Origin: a virus
Virus record (IMG/VR): IMGVR_UViG_3300011115_000874
Coordinates: 32,001 to 96,000 of that record
Strand: one strand, 5' to 3'
Length of the DNA: 64,000 bases
Part shown: positions 58,918 through 64,000 of the stretch, piece after piece
How positions within the stretch are numbered: position 1 is the first letter of the stretch
Layout of the letters: each line of letters starts with the position of its first letter
The notes under the pieces: generated by a model
The model's input: the letters and a program-made list of their open reading frames with translations, nothing else
Database searches by the model: none
Told to the model about the DNA's origin: nothing
Position numbers and translations under genes: made by a program

Positions 58918-59376
58918 TTACTTTGTCAGTAAGCCAATATAATCTAAAGCTTCTATAAAATCTTTTTCATCAAAATGTTGAAGTGTCTCCATATCCATTC
59001 TATATTCATAAAATTTACCTGGTTGTTTAGGGATTGGGAATTTATGTTTTTCTTCCTCAGTTACAGGAACTGCTTTAACAGCTGACCATTTCCAATTATT
59101 AGCCTCAGCTCCATTAGCAAATACCATACCTTGTTTAGGTTCATTGATAGTCTGTGGTAACCATACTAATTTAGTTTCAGGGTCAGTCCAAGCTAACGCT
59201 TTATATAGTTCTGGAAGTACTTCCATTTGTTCATTATAAAACTCACTTCCCTCTGTCATAAGTGAGTTAGTCCAAAACCCACATGATAATGACATCCAAT
59301 TTGTTATTTCAGGTGTTACTTCTATTTCATAACATAAATTCCCTCCTGATTTAGGGCATGTAATAATTTTATCCAT
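58918..59376 (-). CDS. Hypothetical protein
   Basis: 152 aa within the cluster. Confidence 0.55.
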   Translation of the reverse strand: MDKIITCPKSGGNLCYEIEVTPEITNWMSLSCGFWTNSLMTEGSEFYNEQMEVLPELYKALAWTDPETKLVWLPQTINEPKQGMVFANGAEANNWKWSAVKAVPVTEEEKHKFPIPKQPGKFYEYRMDMETLQHFDEKDFIEALDYIGLLTK

Positions 59377-60355
59377 TGTTTTTATATTTATTAATCCAAT
59401 ATTCTACCATTTCATCTAACATTGACTCAAATGTATAATCATGAGTCCATCCTGTTGTTTTAATTAGTTTAGATGAATCACCTTTTAAATTATGTAATTC
59501 TTCAGGACGTAAAAACTTTTCATCTTGAGTCACATATTCTCTATAATCTAAATCTAATAAAGAAAATACATAATCACAAAGTTCTCTTACAGAATGGGAT
59601 ATTCCTGTTGCACAAACAAAATCATCTGATTTGTCTAGTTGTAGTATTTCCCACATTGCCCGAACATAGTCTTTAGCATGTCCCCAATCTCGTGTCGCGT
59701 CTAAATTGCCTAATTTTAATTCATTAGATAATCCTAATTTAATCTTAACTGCTTCCTTACAAACTTTATTTGTTACAAAATTAGTTCCTCGTCTAGGTGA
59801 CTCATGATTAAATAATACACCATTAGAAACAAACATATTATATGAGTGTCTATAATTTCTACTTATGTTATAAGCAAATACTTTAGCACATCCATAAGGT
59901 GAAACGGGATTCATTGGTGTTGTTTCTCTTTGATAACCATCGTTATCAATACTATTTCCAAACATTTCTGAGCTACTAGCCTGGTATACTTTAGTATTAG
60001 GTGATACCATTCTAACTGCTTCTAATACATTTAAAGCACCTATAGCAGTAGCATTCGCAGTATATAATGGTTGGTCAAAACTAATTCTAACATGAGATTG
60101 AGCAGCTAAATTATATAATTCATTAGGTTGTACTTTTTGTATTACCCTAATTAGAGATGCAAGATCAGTTAGATCAGCATACTCTAATTTTAGTTTAGGA
60201 TAAATTTTATCATTAATCCTTGCTGTTTGGTTTTCAGCTACAGAATTACGTTTTAATATTCCCCACACCTCATATCCTTTATCAAGCAAAAACTCAGCTA
60301 AATAAGATCCATCTTGACCATTAATACCTGTGATTAATACTTTTTTATTCTCCAA
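59369..60355 (-). CDS. gmd: GDP-mannose 4,6-dehydratase
   Basis: ITGINGQDGSYLAE, NLAAQSHV, QASSSEMFG, SPYGCAK, FNHESPRRG.NFVT.K, LGNLDA.RDWGHAKDY. Confidence 0.95.
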   Translation of the reverse strand: MENKKVLITGINGQDGSYLAEFLLDKGYEVWGILKRNSVAENQTARINDKIYPKLKLEYADLTDLASLIRVIQKVQPNELYNLAAQSHVRISFDQPLYTANATAIGALNVLEAVRMVSPNTKVYQASSSEMFGNSIDNDGYQRETTPMNPVSPYGCAKVFAYNISRNYRHSYNMFVSNGVLFNHESPRRGTNFVTNKVCKEAVKIKLGLSNELKLGNLDATRDWGHAKDYVRAMWEILQLDKSDDFVCATGISHSVRELCDYVFSLLDLDYREYVTQDEKFLRPEELHNLKGDSSKLIKTTGWTHDYTFESMLDEMVEYWINKYKNNG

Positions 60356-61646
60356 TTTTCTTTAATTTAGGTAATTCAATTTTCTTTAATTGAGGTAATT
60401 TTAATTCTACCTGTTTTGGAAACTCAGGAATGTATTTAGTAAATAATTCATCTACTTTATCCTTCATTTTATCCCAACTAAACTCAGTTTTACTTTTATG
60501 TGCCTGACGTTTAGCTCCATCAAGATATTTTTTATAATCTTCAAATACATCTTTAATAGATGTTCCAGCGTGGCCTAAATCTACTGAGAACCATTGTGAT
60601 TCTTTTAATAACCATTGATTAGCAGCACTTGGGTGTACATCTGTTAACTTACCTGGTAGCATTGTTGTGAATTCAGGGTTTAAGAAATCTACTTGTCCAC
60701 TCCAATTAGTAGTAATGATTGGTTTTTTAGTTAAACTAAATTCAAGTAATGGTCTTCCATAACCCTCTCCTTTAGTTAAATTAATCATTGCTTTTACTTT
60801 AGAATGATTATATAATTCATTCATCTCAGTATCACTAAACTCACCATGTAAAACATAGATATTAGGTAAATCTTTACTATTAATTGATTTTTTGATTAAA
60901 GTAATTTTTCTTAAGATTTCATCTCTATCTAGATATGAAGATCCCATTTGAGATGTTTTTAAGATTAATGCTGGTTTGTCTTTCTTGTTTTTAAATATCT
61001 CATAAAACATTTTAATTAACAATCCTACATTCTTTCTGTCTTCACCTAAATCACCATTGATCCAATGGCCAACAAACAAGAATGCAAATTTTTCTTTAAT
61101 ATTAGTTATTTCAGAGAATGAATCTACTTTATCAAGTGGTTTATAAACATTAATATCTGCACCCTCAAATAACACTTCAATTGGTTTTTCAATTTTAGCC
61201 TCTCCAACTGGTTGATTGGTACGTTGATCTACTTTTTGCAACACAGTATCAATAAATGTTTTCTTTGAATGCTCAGAAGAAGTTAATACTAAATTCATCC
61301 TATTACATCCTTCAATCCAATCACCTGGTGCTATAGTTGTTTCAATACCTGCTGTTACTCCAATATTATATTTTCCTATCGGTTGGAATTCACTTGGTAT
61401 AGTGATTTGCATCCATATTTCTGGTTGTTTTGGTAGTTGAGGTTGAGCCCAAATATGTTGGCTTAAAAATCCCCATTCTGGGTTGTCAGTGATAAAATTC
61501 CAAGGTGTGTTACCCCACATTTGAGGGATAATTTTAACATCATATTTGTCTGTGGCTATAATTGCTCTGACTAAATCTCGAGAGCGTGCTCCGTAACCAC
61601 TATAAGTGTCAATAGGGCAGGAGATAAAAAACAATGGTTTACTCAT
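60345..61646 (-). CDS. GT-B glycosyltransferase (GT4-like)
   Basis: SGYG, FLFVGHW, RKN, KGEGYGRPLLE, NWSG. Confidence 0.8.
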   Translation of the reverse strand: MSKPLFFISCPIDTYSGYGARSRDLVRAIIATDKYDVKIIPQMWGNTPWNFITDNPEWGFLSQHIWAQPQLPKQPEIWMQITIPSEFQPIGKYNIGVTAGIETTIAPGDWIEGCNRMNLVLTSSEHSKKTFIDTVLQKVDQRTNQPVGEAKIEKPIEVLFEGADINVYKPLDKVDSFSEITNIKEKFAFLFVGHWINGDLGEDRKNVGLLIKMFYEIFKNKKDKPALILKTSQMGSSYLDRDEILRKITLIKKSINSKDLPNIYVLHGEFSDTEMNELYNHSKVKAMINLTKGEGYGRPLLEFSLTKKPIITTNWSGQVDFLNPEFTTMLPGKLTDVHPSAANQWLLKESQWFSVDLGHAGTSIKDVFEDYKKYLDGAKRQAHKSKTEFSWDKMKDKVDELFTKYIPEFPKQVELKLPQLKKIELPKLKKIGE

Positions 61647-61655
61647 AACTTTATT

Positions 61656-63092
61656 TTAATATACTAATTTGTGTGGTACTACTTTTTCTTGAGTTTCATT
61701 TGCGTTTATTAACTCGTATTTTTCTCTTGGTTTCCAAGTTTTAAACAATTTGTCTAATGTTTCAATAACTTTTTTACCCATATTTTCAGCTGTAAATCCT
61801 GCTTCATCTGATAAAGCCCATTCACGGCCTTTTAATCCTAACGCTTGTCTTTTTTCTTTACCTAGATTATAAACAGCTTTAATTTGTTCTGCTGCATCTT
61901 CAGCATTACATCTATCATCCCAAATATAAGGTGTTAATGGAGAACCTTGAATTGATCTATTAGTTGGATATACTGGGAAGGCCCATTCACCATGTTCTTT
62001 AATAGTACCATTATGGTTTGAAGGAAAATCAGCATCAAAATCAATCCATTTGCCTTTTTTACTAAAGCGCATTTGGTCTTGCATCCCACCTGTCACATTA
62101 GCAATAATTGGGTTACCAGCTAAAATTGCCTCAGTTAAACTTAATCCCCATCCTTCATTATTAGTTAATAAGATTTGGACATCAGAACAATTATATAGTA
62201 AATTCATTCCTTTAGGATCTAATACCTGGTTAGAGAATAAAATATTATATTTAGAATCACTTCCAAATAACATTTCTCTTACTGCTTCTAAATCAGTACC
62301 ATTATCATCTACTACTTGAGTATGTAATACAAAAGCACATTTTCTTGCTTGTTCATCAGTTAATGAATCAATAAAGATTTTATAAGCAAATAATGTATCA
62401 GGAATTTGTTTACGTCTAATGTTTCTAGAATTAAAGAACATAACAAAATCAAATTCTTTACCTCCAAATAGTTGTTTTTTAAACTCAACTAATTCTTTAT
62501 CATTCTTATCAAGTGGTTTAAATGTTTCTTCATTTAATCCATGAGGAACATATTCAATGATTTTATTTTTAGCTTTATCACCTAATACTAATTCATTAAT
62601 ATTTTTAGTTTGTTTTGATATAGCTAATAAAGCATCACATGACTCATAATATCCTCTATTATACATTGGAGCCGGATAATCATCCCAAATGTTAAGATAG
62701 ATAATAGGCATCTTCTTTCTAACCTCATTTTCAATTTGGAATAACCAAATAAAATATCTTGGGTCTGTGATCAAGAATATAGCATCCGGTTTTTCTATGC
62801 TAATCAGTTGTCTAATTAAATTAGCATCACCATACCCATTACTTGGATATAAGATAATTGAACTGTCAGTTAACCCAGTGTTAGTGTTGGTATCAGGAGA
62901 TAAATCTAATCGTTTACCTTGTTCAGGATGATTAATAGCTCCTCCTACATTCACCCAATTAAAATGTTGGGCTGTGTTTAATACTAATTCTCGAGCGACT
63001 GTAGCTACACCTGAGTGTACTCTAATGTCATCACAAATTAGTAAGATTTTCTTCCTCTCATTTTGAGGAAGATAAGCAAAACTTGAATTCAT
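61656..63092 (-). CDS. GT-B glycosyltransferase (GT4-like)
   Basis: SGVATV, VPHG, RNIRRK, EGWGLSLTEA..G.PII...GG. Confidence 0.82.
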   Translation of the reverse strand: MNSSFAYLPQNERKKILLICDDIRVHSGVATVARELVLNTAQHFNWVNVGGAINHPEQGKRLDLSPDTNTNTGLTDSSIILYPSNGYGDANLIRQLISIEKPDAIFLITDPRYFIWLFQIENEVRKKMPIIYLNIWDDYPAPMYNRGYYESCDALLAISKQTKNINELVLGDKAKNKIIEYVPHGLNEETFKPLDKNDKELVEFKKQLFGGKEFDFVMFFNSRNIRRKQIPDTLFAYKIFIDSLTDEQARKCAFVLHTQVVDDNGTDLEAVREMLFGSDSKYNILFSNQVLDPKGMNLLYNCSDVQILLTNNEGWGLSLTEAILAGNPIIANVTGGMQDQMRFSKKGKWIDFDADFPSNHNGTIKEHGEWAFPVYPTNRSIQGSPLTPYIWDDRCNAEDAAEQIKAVYNLGKEKRQALGLKGREWALSDEAGFTAENMGKKVIETLDKLFKTWKPREKYELINANETQEKVVPHKLVY

Positions 63093-63102
63093 ATAACTTT
63101 TT

Positions 63103-63288
63103 TTATCGATTTAAATTATTGTGGTTGTGGATATTTTTGCGAAATTCTTCATCCGTAAGATATAAATGAACTGTGCGATCTACAAGCTTTTGTAAAGAAA
63201 ACTTATGTTTTACACAACTCATTTTAAAATCATCGAATAACTCGCTTTGTACTTTGACACTAGTTAGTGTCATTTCTTTTTTAGTCAT
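63103..63288 (-). CDS. Small ribbon-helix-helix-like DNA-binding protein
   Basis: LTSVKV strand followed by two helices (LFDDFK...SLQKLVDR). Confidence 0.5.
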   Translation of the reverse strand: MTKKEMTLTSVKVQSELFDDFKMSCVKHKFSLQKLVDRTVHLYLTDEEFRKNIHNHNNLNR

Positions 63289-63340
63289 AGCTTTTATTTA
63301 TTGTTTTAACGTATATAAATATATATACTATTAATAAAAG

Positions 63341-64000
63341 TTACTTATTACATAAATCTTTTTTATCATTATATGGACACCATTTACAACCCTTACTTTC
63401 AATAATTGGGTGAGTAGTATCCTTATATGAACCATCAGTGTTAAAACATTGTTCAAGAAAGTTATTAATTGCTGTTACTGCTTTCTTTATTTTAATTTTA
63501 CCACTTGGGGGTGAGTATTCCTGAAGACGACTTTGAGGAAACTCACTTTGTTCCCATATTTTTCTTTTTAGTATAAGAAAATCTACTTCAATTTGATCTT
63601 CAGGAACATTAAATTGTTGACTAAAGAAATACTTATAAAGTATCAATTGAAATTGTTTACCTTCATCCTTTTTAGTCTCATCATTCCATCCTCGAGTAGA
63701 CGTCTTAAAGTCGATTATCTTAAATGTACTTGTGGGTTCGTGATATAATACCAAGTCGATGAAGCCCTTGAATAAAACGTTTTTAAACGCGTTATTAGGC
63801 GTCATTACAATTGGTAACTCAACCTTAACTAAACTCCATCCTTTTTTACTAAAATATTGACCTCGTTTCTTTTTGAATTGGCTAAGTATGTTTAGTCCGT
63901 CTTCATAAAACTCTCTCATTTCAACAGCGCCACTAAAGTGAGTACTTTTATTTTTCTTGTACTCGTCTAGATACACCTTACGAAATGTCTCCTCAAACTG
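63341..64000 (-). CDS. PD-(D/E)XK nuclease (RecB/Cas4-like exonuclease), 5'-truncated by the window edge
   Basis: E, FKGFIDLV, IIDFKTS, QLILY, CKWCPY...C; frame is open to 64000. Confidence 0.85.
   Translation of the reverse strand, partial: QFEETFRKVYLDEYKKNKSTHFSGAVEMREFYEDGLNILSQFKKKRGQYFSKKGWSLVKVELPIVMTPNNAFKNVLFKGFIDLVLYHEPTSTFKIIDFKTSTRGWNDETKKDEGKQFQLILYKYFFSQQFNVPEDQIEVDFLILKRKIWEQSEFPQSRLQEYSPPSGKIKIKKAVTAINNFLEQCFNTDGSYKDTTHPIIESKGCKWCPYNDKKDLCNK

Noticed and set aside
6203-62319. Plus-strand ORFs in the track other than 10668..10997
   Set aside because: They are antisense shadows of well-supported minus-strand genes, tRNAs or repeats, with no promoter motif and no recognisable domains.
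63341-64000. Cas4 as evidence of a CRISPR-Cas system
   Set aside because: A stand-alone PD-(D/E)XK exonuclease is common in phages, and no array or other cas genes are present.

Overview
This is an AT-rich segment of a large dsDNA tailed phage. It is probably a contractile-tailed jumbo or large phage of a Bacteroidota host, judged from TTTG-N20-TAnnTT promoters and A-rich leaders without Shine-Dalgarno sequences. Nearly all genes are on the minus strand. From left to right: (1) 1-15 kb: virion/baseplate module (gp6-like wedge, gp25-like, gp5-like hub) with a sigma-like late transcription factor. (2) 15-24 kb: HD protein, tRNAs, three non-canonical tRNA-like RNAs, a DUF932 protein and late-motif genes sharing an N-terminal MIKLxxLLKE tag. 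(3) 24-34 kb: a dense array of small genes, most with their own copy of a fixed-spacing early promoter, plus two more tRNAs and a RadA/Sms-like ATPase. (4) 35-50 kb: RNA-repair trio, DNA ligase, GH19 endolysin with candidate holin, ClpP-like protease and Zn-finger proteins. (5) 50-63 kb: a 13 kb glycosylation island, then a partial PD-(D/E)XK nuclease. The most striking observation is that two early-array genes (32508-32861 and 27639-27869) have coding strands almost free of cytosine, with 2 C each and one uninterrupted 365-nt C-free run. Their proteins avoid the residues that need C-containing codons. This suggests selection for genes that can be expressed despite CTP-directed or C/G-directed host defence. 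All functional calls come from motif recognition by eye; no database searches were run.
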